In this document: positions 20,638-29,114 of the stretch, one piece after another
Layout: each line of letters begins with the position of its first letter
Position numbering within the stretch: position 1 is the first letter of the stretch
IMG/VR virus record: IMGVR_UViG_3300008448_000009
Coordinates: 32,001 to 96,000 of that record
Strand: one strand, 5' to 3'
DNA from: a virus
DNA length: 64,000 nt
Notes under the pieces: model-generated
What the model was told of the DNA's origin: nothing
What the model saw: the letters and a program-made list of their open reading frames with translations, nothing else
Database searches by the model: none
Position numbers and translations under genes: made by a program

Positions 20638-21366
20638 ATGGCTACGAAACGAGGACGCAAAAGAACAAACGAAATGTATTTTGGTCCAGAAGAAGAAGAA
20701 GCTGTTGTCAAATTTTTAGAGTCAACTGACGAATCAGAAAGAAACATCATATTCAACGAGTGGCTTAAAGCCCCGTTGGATAAGATGATTGAATCAATTA
20801 TAAGAAGGTACAAATTATATAGAAAGGGTGAAACTTTTGAAGAACTTCATAGTGACACCGTTTCTTTTTTAATGACAAAGGTTCATAGGTTTGAAGCTGG
20901 ACGAGGTAAAAAAGCTTATTCATATTTTGGAACCATTAGTAAAAACTATATCTTAGGTTTACTCATCAAAGATGAGAAATATCTTAGACAAACTTCATCA
21001 TATGAAGACATGGCTAATGAATTTGAAGAAAGAGAAGATTTAACGTATGTTATTGATAACGATGGGTTTGTTATGGATGATTTTATTGTAAAACTAATCG
21101 AAGGTATAAAAGAAGAGATGAACGATGAAAATTTACCACCCAAAAAGAAATTAAATGACAATGAGAAAAAAGTTGGTTTTGCCCTGATTTATATTTTAGA
21201 AAATTGGGAAACAGCTTTTGAAACGATGGAAGGTGGGTCAAAATACAATAAAAACTCTGTTTTGGAAACAATGAGAAACTATACTTTACTATCAACCAAA
21301 GATATACGTATAGCTATGAAAAGGTATAAAGACTTGTATGAATTGCTTACAAAACACGGTTTGTAG
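20638..21366 (+). CDS. sigma-70-family (T4 gp55-like) late sigma factor
   Basis: Region-2-like DTVSFLMTKVHRFEAGRGKKAYSYFGTISKNY; no region 4 HTH evident. Confidence 0.7.
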   Translation: MATKRGRKRTNEMYFGPEEEEAVVKFLESTDESERNIIFNEWLKAPLDKMIESIIRRYKLYRKGETFEELHSDTVSFLMTKVHRFEAGRGKKAYSYFGTISKNYILGLLIKDEKYLRQTSSYEDMANEFEEREDLTYVIDNDGFVMDDFIVKLIEGIKEEMNDENLPPKKKLNDNEKKVGFALIYILENWETAFETMEGGSKYNKNSVLETMRNYTLLSTKDIRIAMKRYKDLYELLTKHGL

Positions 21367-21374
21367 ATATTTAT
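21367..21374 (+). promoter_or_regulatory. putative phage late promoter ATATTTAT (one of ~15 copies)
   Basis: Same 8-mer lies in sense orientation upstream of many structural genes (see findings). Confidence 0.65.
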
Positions 21375-21392
21375 ATATAAAAACTAATTACC

Positions 21393-21782
21393 ATGCCTAG
21401 AAAAAGAAAACAAGACGTTAAAGTAAACAATACCGAATCATTAGAGGGACTTATGCAAGAAACTTATAACGATGCATGTTTACAAATAAATGATGCTCAA
21501 AGAACTATCAATGAGCTTACAGTTAGCGCAGCGCCAGATGGTGTTGATGATTTAACAAAAATAGCTAAAGAAAAAGGTGGTTTATTAAAAATAAAAGATT
21601 CTGCTATCAGAATTAAATTAGAATTGGCTAAACTACAAAGTGATATCATTAAAAATCGTGGAGATGTTGAAACCGCAGTTTCTGAAAGAAGCAATGGTTT
21701 AGCGTCTCTTAATGATTTTAAGTCTATTAGACAAATGATTAAAAACAGTAATAACCCAGAAGAGGAAGAAGAAACAGATTAA
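21393..21782 (+). CDS. coiled-coil hypothetical protein
   Basis: 129 aa ORF after the late motif. Confidence 0.6.
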   Translation: MPRKRKQDVKVNNTESLEGLMQETYNDACLQINDAQRTINELTVSAAPDGVDDLTKIAKEKGGLLKIKDSAIRIKLELAKLQSDIIKNRGDVETAVSERSNGLASLNDFKSIRQMIKNSNNPEEEEETD

Positions 21783-21783
21783 T

Positions 21784-23211
21784 ATGTCATTAGTTGATAA
21801 AAAGAAAAAAGTTTTTGGTGAAATAGCTGCTGCTAGAACATTGACAGAAGGAATGCCTAAGTTCAAACTTGATTCATCTTTTCCGTCGATTAATAACGGT
21901 TCTGACCCGATTGTTTTTTTGGTCGATTTGATTAAATCATTAATCGGTCAGTCAAATTTTGTTAATAAAATTTCAAAAATGTTGGCTACAACACTTGACA
22001 CTATTGAACAAAAATTAAAAATAGTCCTTAAAAAAACTTTAAAGGGTATAGTTACTTGCGGTGTTGACCCAAGCATACCAGCATTTATGAGGTCTGGTCC
22101 AAACACTACTGGTATTGTTATAGAAGTTAGTAAAATAGATTTCTTTGAACAATTTAAAACAGACCCAACAACACCTATAGGTAAACTAATGTATAACGAC
22201 GTAACATCATCATTGGTTACTAGTAGTGATATGAATACGTTTTTATATGCTGTTATTCAAGACGAAGGTACTACACGCACATGGCAGAATATTTTGGATT
22301 TTACATTTTATTCTATAGGGACAAATGGAAACCCAAACAATTGTTTTGTCATCAAATGTAACCAAACATATGACAATAAAAAACTTAACCAATTAAATGA
22401 TAATTTTATCGATTCTTTGGATTTATTTGAATCTAGTAATATAATAAACAAAATCATCGATGCTTTATTTGGTTCAATTTCTTTTAATTTGAATAAAACC
22501 AATAAACAACTTGAGATGGAAGCTCAAATTAATGACGTTATTGATAGGTTATCAAACGCTGACATTAATAAAGAAATAACTGATGATTATTTCGAGTTTT
22601 CAAATGAAGAGATTGCTCAACAACAATACTTAGCAAACGATAGGAAAAATGGTATTATTAGAGTTAAAACTAGTGTAGAAACAAAAGCCAATATGCCAAT
22701 TAGTTATTTAGAAACATTGACCAATGATTTAAACGCACCTAGTGTTACGTTAGTACAAAAGAGGGATATTATAAATACTAGTTTAAATAGCATGGCCGAT
22801 AACTTAAGTAGTCAAATACCCAACAATCAAGACGGCCAAACTGTTAAAATTAGCTTTTTTAAAGATTTAATAAAAAATTTAATCAAAACAATTACTAGTG
22901 TTTTATTATCACCGAAAATTATAATTATTTTTCTAATTAATTTTAAAATAATTTTCGGAGTTGCATCAACATTTAAAGACCCTATTGACTTTATAAAGAA
23001 AAATAGAGCACTATTTACCGCTGTAACTAAAGAAATTACAAACATTATTGTTCAATACCTTATGGCTATTGCTATGCGAGAAATAAGTAAATTAGCTGGT
23101 AACGCTGCTGTTATTAAATTAAAAGAAAAGGTTGACAATAAAAAACAACAATTGATAAGTCTATTAGGTGTTCCTCAAGACGCTATTAGAAAAATTAAAG
23201 GATTAATATAA
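21784..23211 (+). CDS. hypothetical, probably virion/baseplate-associated
   Basis: 475 aa ORF in operon with the gp5-like gene. Confidence 0.5.
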   Translation: MSLVDKKKKVFGEIAAARTLTEGMPKFKLDSSFPSINNGSDPIVFLVDLIKSLIGQSNFVNKISKMLATTLDTIEQKLKIVLKKTLKGIVTCGVDPSIPAFMRSGPNTTGIVIEVSKIDFFEQFKTDPTTPIGKLMYNDVTSSLVTSSDMNTFLYAVIQDEGTTRTWQNILDFTFYSIGTNGNPNNCFVIKCNQTYDNKKLNQLNDNFIDSLDLFESSNIINKIIDALFGSISFNLNKTNKQLEMEAQINDVIDRLSNADINKEITDDYFEFSNEEIAQQQYLANDRKNGIIRVKTSVETKANMPISYLETLTNDLNAPSVTLVQKRDIINTSLNSMADNLSSQIPNNQDGQTVKISFFKDLIKNLIKTITSVLLSPKIIIIFLINFKIIFGVASTFKDPIDFIKKNRALFTAVTKEITNIIVQYLMAIAMREISKLAGNAAVIKLKEKVDNKKQQLISLLGVPQDAIRKIKGLI

Positions 23212-23705
23212 TGAGTGGAATAAACAACTTATCGGGACAAGGTAGCAATGCGCTAAACCAAGGTAAAGAAAAATTTTCAGAACTTAAAAAAAATGCCGAA
23301 AATATATTTGATTTTTCAAATATATCTGGAATTTTAAATATAATTTTATCTTTGTTTAAAATTCCAGATACACCTGTAGAACCATTACCACCACCACTTA
23401 TTATGGTAGGTGCACCACTAAGACCAGGAATGTCAGCCAAAGCTGTGGCTTCTAGAATTATAGCTAGACAATCTGAAGCTGGTTTACCAGTTGGTGATGT
23501 TTTTGCTGATGGAAATAACACTAGCGAAGCTATGTTAGCTATACAGGTTGATGAGGTTATAAATACTTTGTTAACAGAATCTGTGGTCAACGTTGTTATA
23601 CCTCCTGGAGTTGCAATAACAGCGGTGGGCGCTAATCTAGGTGGACCTATTGTAGTGCAAGGGTTTACAACAACCATGGGTGTCGGTAATGGAATAATGA
23701 GATAA
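23211..23705 (+). CDS. hypothetical, probably structural
   Basis: 164 aa, TAATG overlap with upstream gene. Confidence 0.55.
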   Translation: MSGINNLSGQGSNALNQGKEKFSELKKNAENIFDFSNISGILNIILSLFKIPDTPVEPLPPPLIMVGAPLRPGMSAKAVASRIIARQSEAGLPVGDVFADGNNTSEAMLAIQVDEVINTLLTESVVNVVIPPGVAITAVGANLGGPIVVQGFTTTMGVGNGIMR

Positions 23706-23718
23706 TTAAAATAATGTT

Positions 23719-23901
23719 ATGTACGAAGATTTAGAATCAAAATCAAACAATGAAATTTTGTTTGAAATAAAACAAATGGAGGCCGACCACGAGGCTATAA
23801 AACTTAAAATGTTGCAAGACTATGATAAACTAGTTGAAATCGAAAAAAGATTTGACGTAGCTAACAAACTAATTGTAAAAAGACTTAAAGGGGAACAATA
23901 A
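23719..23901 (+). CDS. small coiled-coil protein
   Basis: 60 aa, stop overlaps next start. Confidence 0.55.
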   Translation: MYEDLESKSNNEILFEIKQMEADHEAIKLKMLQDYDKLVEIEKRFDVANKLIVKRLKGEQ

Positions 23902-24923
23902 TGCTAAATAACAAACATACCAGAGGTGAAAAAAGCCAGTACGATACCTACAAAACATTTACTTATTTAAAATATGGTGAAGTAATGTCTGTTAACGACC
24001 CAAGTAGTTTGGGGCGTATAAAAGTATGGATTAAAGGTTCTGTAAGTAATGGTGGTGATGACGAAATAGTAAATAGTGGTACCGATTATGATAAATTACC
24101 ATGGTGCCATCCTTTACTACCTAAACATTTATCAGTTCAACCAAAAGTTGGTGAAGGTGTTTGGGTTTTTGTTTTTAGTAAAGAAAAGGAAAGTGGGGAT
24201 AGAATGTTTATCGGACCTATCATTTCACAATTAAATAAATTAGATTTTGATAGTGCTAAAACAACTGCATTATCTGGTTTTAATTTCGGACCAACAAAAC
24301 CAAGTATAAATATTACAAACAAAGGTGGTGCTATTGCAATACCAGAGTTAATTGGTGTTTTCCCTAACCCTGAAGATGTATCAATTCAAGGTAGATACAA
24401 TACTGATATCACACAAAAAAAGAATGAAATAGTTCTTAGAGCTGGTAAGTTTGTTGAAGCACCAATATTTAACCCTAGTGAAAACCCATACCCTTTTGTT
24501 TTCAATACCGCAACACAAGGATTTATTCAAATTAAAAATAATGCCGTATTAGAAACAACTAACGTAGACCAAACACTAGTTAATAATAAAATTGGCACCA
24601 TTACCAATATAGTTTCAAACAAAATAAACCTTATCACACATGGTGGTTCACCAAGTTTTGAAGTTACTAACCAACAAAACCTGATTAGTGACGAAGAAAT
24701 GTTAAGAATTCTTTCTCAAGCTCACCAACTACCTTTTGGTGATATATTACTACAATATTTAAAACTGTTAAAAGATGCTTTCCTAAATCACGTACACAAC
24801 GGACATGGTAATAAATGTACTGATTTAACTATTGAAGGAAATAAACAAGCCGTAAAAGCTTTCCTAGATAAAGCCAAAGAATTGGAAGATTCTATGTTAT
24901 CTAAAAACATTCGTATTAATTAA
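23901..24923 (+). CDS. baseplate hub/spike protein (gp5/VgrG OB-fold-like N-terminus)
   Basis: GEVMSVNDPSSLGRIKV...LPWCHPL...PKVGEGVWV; C-terminal H.HNGHG metal-tip-like motif. Confidence 0.7.
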   Translation: MLNNKHTRGEKSQYDTYKTFTYLKYGEVMSVNDPSSLGRIKVWIKGSVSNGGDDEIVNSGTDYDKLPWCHPLLPKHLSVQPKVGEGVWVFVFSKEKESGDRMFIGPIISQLNKLDFDSAKTTALSGFNFGPTKPSINITNKGGAIAIPELIGVFPNPEDVSIQGRYNTDITQKKNEIVLRAGKFVEAPIFNPSENPYPFVFNTATQGFIQIKNNAVLETTNVDQTLVNNKIGTITNIVSNKINLITHGGSPSFEVTNQQNLISDEEMLRILSQAHQLPFGDILLQYLKLLKDAFLNHVHNGHGNKCTDLTIEGNKQAVKAFLDKAKELEDSMLSKNIRIN

Positions 24924-24965
24924 GCTTATTACTGTTTTTATGATATTTATAATAAAAACAAAACC

Positions 24966-26372
24966 ATGGTAATACGTACATATTTCGATAAAAACAACAC
25001 AATAGTTAGTAACTCAATTGTTAACACTGGATTAAACCCAGTGGCTGAGTTATTTTACGGTGGTGCTGATGGTGCAGAAAAATATAGTAGGTTTTTATTT
25101 TACTTTGATGAAACTAGACTTAGAAATTTATACACTGGGGGCACGTATACCGACTTAACTAAACTAAAACATACTCTTAGACTAACCAACACAGCATCGT
25201 TCGATACAGGCCTTTTAAACGGTACAATGGAAGCCAAAGACAGAGCTTCATCATTTGATTTGATTTTATTCAAAATTAATCAAGATTGGGATAACGGTGT
25301 AGGTTATGATTATGAAGTTCCTATAATTGTTAGTGGTGATTATTTCTATTCTAGTGACCCATCAAATTGGACAGCAGCCAAAACTGGTGAAGCATGGACC
25401 AACGGTACTGGTGTTTATTCTGGTTCACCATCAGGAATTACTGTAACAACACAACACTTTGATAAAGGTAATGAAAACATAGAAATGGATATTACAGACT
25501 ACGTTAATGGGTTGTTAACTGGTGACACAAACTATGGATTAGGAATTGCGTATGCTAGAGGTTATGAACAAATAAACACATCAGCTCTACAATATGTTGG
25601 ATTCTTTACTAACAACACACAAACATTTTATGAACCATTTGTTGAAACAATCTACGATAACCATATTAAAGACGATAGAAACAACTTTTTCTTAGATAAA
25701 CATAACAAACTATATCTTTACGTAAATCTTGCGGGAAATCCAACTAATTTGGATTCTATACCTAGTGTTGACATTTATGATGAAAACGGTGTTATATTTT
25801 CATCATATACATCTTCTGAGGTTACACACGTTACTTTGGGTGTTTATTCTATTGATATCATCGTACCAACAACTAATTCAAACGAAAATACAATGTATAA
25901 CGATGTTTGGAGTGATGTTGTGATAAACGGTGTTACCAGACCAAATATTAGTTTAGATTTTGTAATGAGACCATCGATGGAATATTACAATATTGGAAAC
26001 AACGATATGCTACCTAAAAAAATTGCTGTATCGATTGGTGGTATCAGAAACCAAGAAAAAATAAAACGTGGTGATATCCGTAAAGGTATCGTATCAGCTA
26101 GAATTCCTTACACCGTAGAACAAACTCAAAGTATTGATAACCTTCAATATAGATTATATGTTAAAGAAGGTGTGAGAGAATTAACAGTGATTGATTTCCA
26201 ACCAGTTGAAATGGCAAACAATTATTATTATTTCTTGTTAGATACAGCTAGTCTTATCCCGAATACTTACTATTTGGATATTCTTGCAACATCAAATTTA
26301 GAAGTAACAACAATAAAAAGTGTTGTTCAATTTGACATTGTAAACCAAGTTGAATTACGTAAAGGACAGTAA
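24966..26372 (+). CDS. beta-rich putative virion structural protein
   Basis: 468 aa, WDNGVG/MDITDYVN pattern; late motif at 24943-24950. Confidence 0.55.
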   Translation: MVIRTYFDKNNTIVSNSIVNTGLNPVAELFYGGADGAEKYSRFLFYFDETRLRNLYTGGTYTDLTKLKHTLRLTNTASFDTGLLNGTMEAKDRASSFDLILFKINQDWDNGVGYDYEVPIIVSGDYFYSSDPSNWTAAKTGEAWTNGTGVYSGSPSGITVTTQHFDKGNENIEMDITDYVNGLLTGDTNYGLGIAYARGYEQINTSALQYVGFFTNNTQTFYEPFVETIYDNHIKDDRNNFFLDKHNKLYLYVNLAGNPTNLDSIPSVDIYDENGVIFSSYTSSEVTHVTLGVYSIDIIVPTTNSNENTMYNDVWSDVVINGVTRPNISLDFVMRPSMEYYNIGNNDMLPKKIAVSIGGIRNQEKIKRGDIRKGIVSARIPYTVEQTQSIDNLQYRLYVKEGVRELTVIDFQPVEMANNYYYFLLDTASLIPNTYYLDILATSNLEVTTIKSVVQFDIVNQVELRKGQ

Positions 26373-26373
26373 T

Positions 26374-26712
26374 ATGAAAAGTTTTATAAAACAAAGACTC
26401 AGAGAACAAATGATTGATGGTCAAAACATGAATGGCAGCATGCAAAATAGTTGTAATACAATGACTATTAATAGTTATGATGAAGCTTTAAGTAGAGTAG
26501 AAGCATCGCTTAAAGGTGTTAGTCCAGAAACAAGACAACAAGTTATGCAAAAAATTCACGTTCCGTTGGAAAATCTTAAACAAGAAGAACAAAAATTAAA
26601 CCGTGAAGAAAAATCACAACACATGACTGGTGATTCAATGCCAGACCAAGTAGACACCTATTGGCACCAAATTCAATCAACGTTGTGTGAATTAGGCCCA
26701 GATTTTGAATAA
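26374..26712 (+). CDS. hypothetical protein with IKxxLRE leader
   Basis: MKSFIKQRLRE; ATG 26374. Confidence 0.6.
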   Translation: MKSFIKQRLREQMIDGQNMNGSMQNSCNTMTINSYDEALSRVEASLKGVSPETRQQVMQKIHVPLENLKQEEQKLNREEKSQHMTGDSMPDQVDTYWHQIQSTLCELGPDFE

Positions 26713-26713
26713 T

Positions 26714-27235
26714 ATGAAACAAGTAATCAAACAATTATTAAGAGAAAATTTAATAAAATGTGTCAATCTTTATCCAACAAAAGAAGTTATAAACTATGTT
26801 AATAATTTTGATTCAGACGAACAACTATTACGTAGTGGTGGTTTACCAGATGATATCTTAGATAGATACGCTTTTGGTTTCACTGAGTCTGATATGACCG
26901 AATTAGACCCATCAAGAATCTCAATAAAATGGCATAGTGATTTAGAGAATGTTATTTGGGAGGTTAAAGAAAGTGGTCTTTCACCTATAGAATGGTCAAA
27001 AAAAATTAACTTAACAGAACCTATTGATGTTTCTTATGAGTCAAATGGTTTCGGGTTAAAATTTTATTTAGAAGATGGGCATCATAGATATTATGCTGCC
27101 AAAACATTAAAAAAACCATTAAATGTTAATTTAAGAATCAAAGCAAATCCAATAAATAAAATAACTAAAAACAAATTAGGATATGATGATTTTCATAGAT
27201 GTTTATTTAATCAAGTAAAAACTATTGACAATTAA
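26714..27235 (+). CDS. ParB/Srx-like domain protein with IKxxLRE leader
   Basis: PIDV...YLEDGHHRYYA; MKQVIKQLLRE. Confidence 0.65.
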   Translation: MKQVIKQLLRENLIKCVNLYPTKEVINYVNNFDSDEQLLRSGGLPDDILDRYAFGFTESDMTELDPSRISIKWHSDLENVIWEVKESGLSPIEWSKKINLTEPIDVSYESNGFGLKFYLEDGHHRYYAAKTLKKPLNVNLRIKANPINKITKNKLGYDDFHRCLFNQVKTIDN

Positions 27236-27259
27236 AATAGTTTTTAGTATATTTATGAT

Positions 27260-27333
27260 TATACGTTAACTCACGTATTGGTTTCGAGTCAGAAATGGCT
27301 TTAGAGTTGTCTAGGCAACAAAGAAATTGGTAC
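27260..27333 (+). ncRNA. candidate structured 5' leader RNA (three-way junction)
   Basis: P1 27275-85/27323-33; P2 27286-91/27296-301 with GAAA loop; P3 27306-10/27315-19; G-U pairs only work on the + strand. Confidence 0.55.
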
Positions 27334-27365
27334 AATAATAACAATAAATTAAAAGTTAATTAAAC

Positions 27366-28346
27366 ATGAAAAACTTAAATTATGTGGCACCAAAAATGCC
27401 AACAGCTAATTTGGCTGTAAACAAAAGTAGAGTTAAACTCTACAACAAACAAGGCGATTTGCCAACTTATTACTTACAAAAAGGGCAAGAGTTCCAGATT
27501 GAACTTTTCAATCCAACTACGGACACTGTACTTGCTAAAATTACACTTAACGGAAATGTTATCTCACAAGGTGGTCTTGTTTTAAACCCTGGCCAAAGAG
27601 TATTTCTTGATAGATACTTAGACGTAGCTAAAAAATTCTTATTTGATACTTACGAAGTAGCTAACACACAAGAAGTGAAAGAAGCCATAGTAAACAACGG
27701 TGACTTCAAAGTAGAATTCTATAGAGAATCAAAACCAAGACCAAGAAATCCAATAATTACTCTTGGTGGTTTTGGTAAAAGAAGCGTTTTTGGTGGGCCA
27801 AATTATGACCAAGGGATTATTCGTTACGATAGTACAAACACTGGTGGTTATGTTTACAATTCAGGCACTGCACCTAACACACCGTTGTGTAATACATTCA
27901 CAACGTCTACTAACGCTGTTGGTGGTTCATATTCAACAACTGGTTTGTTAACTGGTGATATTTCAAACACACTTTCAACTAGCGCGTTCTATAGCTCAAA
28001 CGTAAATTATAGCGACACCTTAAACGGTGAAGTTACAATGGATTGGATGTCGACTGAAAAAAGTGTTGAAACACCTAAAAATCTAACTAGAAGTTTAAAA
28101 GCTAAAAAATCTAAATCAATTGAAACTGGTAGAGTTGAACAAGGTTCACATTCTGACCAAAAATTCAAAACTGTTGATAAAGATTTTGAATGGTTTGCTT
28201 TCCATACTGTTGAAGCCAAGTTGCTTCCAGTATCTCAAAAAGTTAACACAGCTGAAGATATTAATGTAAAAAGATATTGTACAAACTGTGGTGCCAAACT
28301 AGGTAAAGGACACAAGTTTTGCGCTACATGCGGCACAAAAGCATAA
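27366..28346 (+). CDS. protein with beta-rich N-domain, S/T/G linker and C-terminal zinc ribbon
   Basis: C-terminal CTNCG...FCATCG. Confidence 0.75.
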   Translation: MKNLNYVAPKMPTANLAVNKSRVKLYNKQGDLPTYYLQKGQEFQIELFNPTTDTVLAKITLNGNVISQGGLVLNPGQRVFLDRYLDVAKKFLFDTYEVANTQEVKEAIVNNGDFKVEFYRESKPRPRNPIITLGGFGKRSVFGGPNYDQGIIRYDSTNTGGYVYNSGTAPNTPLCNTFTTSTNAVGGSYSTTGLLTGDISNTLSTSAFYSSNVNYSDTLNGEVTMDWMSTEKSVETPKNLTRSLKAKKSKSIETGRVEQGSHSDQKFKTVDKDFEWFAFHTVEAKLLPVSQKVNTAEDINVKRYCTNCGAKLGKGHKFCATCGTKA

Positions 28347-28373
28347 TAAATAATTAATCGAGTTAACGTATAT

Positions 28374-28400
28374 AAAAAAAGGGCCATATGGCCCTTTTTT
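28374..28400. terminator. bidirectional terminator
   Basis: A7-GGGCC-ATAT-GGCCC-T6 between convergent genes. Confidence 0.88.
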
Positions 28401-29043
28401 ATTGTATTGTTAAATCCATTTTATTTAACTTGAACATATCGTTCAAATCTTTTAATGTGGTTGGTGTAATTAATCCGTTTATATTAGAACCAATCCAACA
28501 TTGTGTAGTACCGTTGATAAATAATACCTTAAAAAATGCTGATGGAATTGGAATTCTAGATTTACCCATATACTTTTTATTCTTAGGGTCATATATGACA
28601 CCAGTGATAATAACAACATCTTGTTTTGACTCAGCAATTATATCTTCAACATCACCTTCCATTTGGGCCCATTTACCTCTATTGAAACCAGCCAATTGTG
28701 GCGCTGCGTTGAACAAGCTAAAAGATTTATGGTTCAAATTATTATCATAAGATGTGATATGTGACGGTGTCAAATGACCAATATCATAACCAGTTTTTAA
28801 ATACGCGTCTTTATAGTATTTACCTTTGTACGTATCTTGAAACCAACGGTTGTCTCGCTCTTTATCTAGCTTTAGAAAGCTTGAATATTTTAAAACATGT
28901 TTGGATACCAAAGCGCAAGTATCTTTAGTTAAATACAACGTAATGTCTCCGTGGTTTATGATTAGTTTGTTGTCTGTTTTTACGGTCTGTGAAAACATGG
29001 TCATTGTCATGAACAATGTTATAAGTAAAAATATTTTCTTCAT
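28399..29043 (-). CDS. secreted DNA/RNA non-specific endonuclease (NucA/EndA, His-Me finger)
   Basis: YDIGHLTP, NAAPQLAGFNRGKWAQME, IPSAFFKV; signal peptide MKKIFLLITLFMTMTMFS-Q from ATG 29043. Confidence 0.85.
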   Translation of the reverse strand: MKKIFLLITLFMTMTMFSQTVKTDNKLIINHGDITLYLTKDTCALVSKHVLKYSSFLKLDKERDNRWFQDTYKGKYYKDAYLKTGYDIGHLTPSHITSYDNNLNHKSFSLFNAAPQLAGFNRGKWAQMEGDVEDIIAESKQDVVIITGVIYDPKNKKYMGKSRIPIPSAFFKVLFINGTTQCWIGSNINGLITPTTLKDLNDMFKLNKMDLTIQ

Positions 29044-29065
29044 ATCTATAAATATCCTATAAAAC

Positions 29066-29096
29066 AAAAAAGGCCACCGTAATGGTAGCCTTTTTT
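29066..29096 (-). terminator. terminator after the major capsid gene
   Basis: AAAAAAGGCCACC-GTAAT-GGTAGCCTTTTTT. Confidence 0.8.
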
Positions 29097-29114
29097 ATGT
29101 TATATAAGATAAGA

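Larger units (their letters stand above)
27260..28372. repeat. 13-bp perfect inverted repeat flanking one gene
   Basis: TATACGTTAACTC (27260-27272) and GAGTTAACGTATA (28360-28372). Confidence 0.85.

Noticed and set aside
27275-27333. Hammerhead ribozyme or tRNA reading of the leader
   Set aside because: Junctions are UAGA and AAA, with no CUGAnGA core; no T-loop or cloverleaf. No tRNA was recognised anywhere in the window
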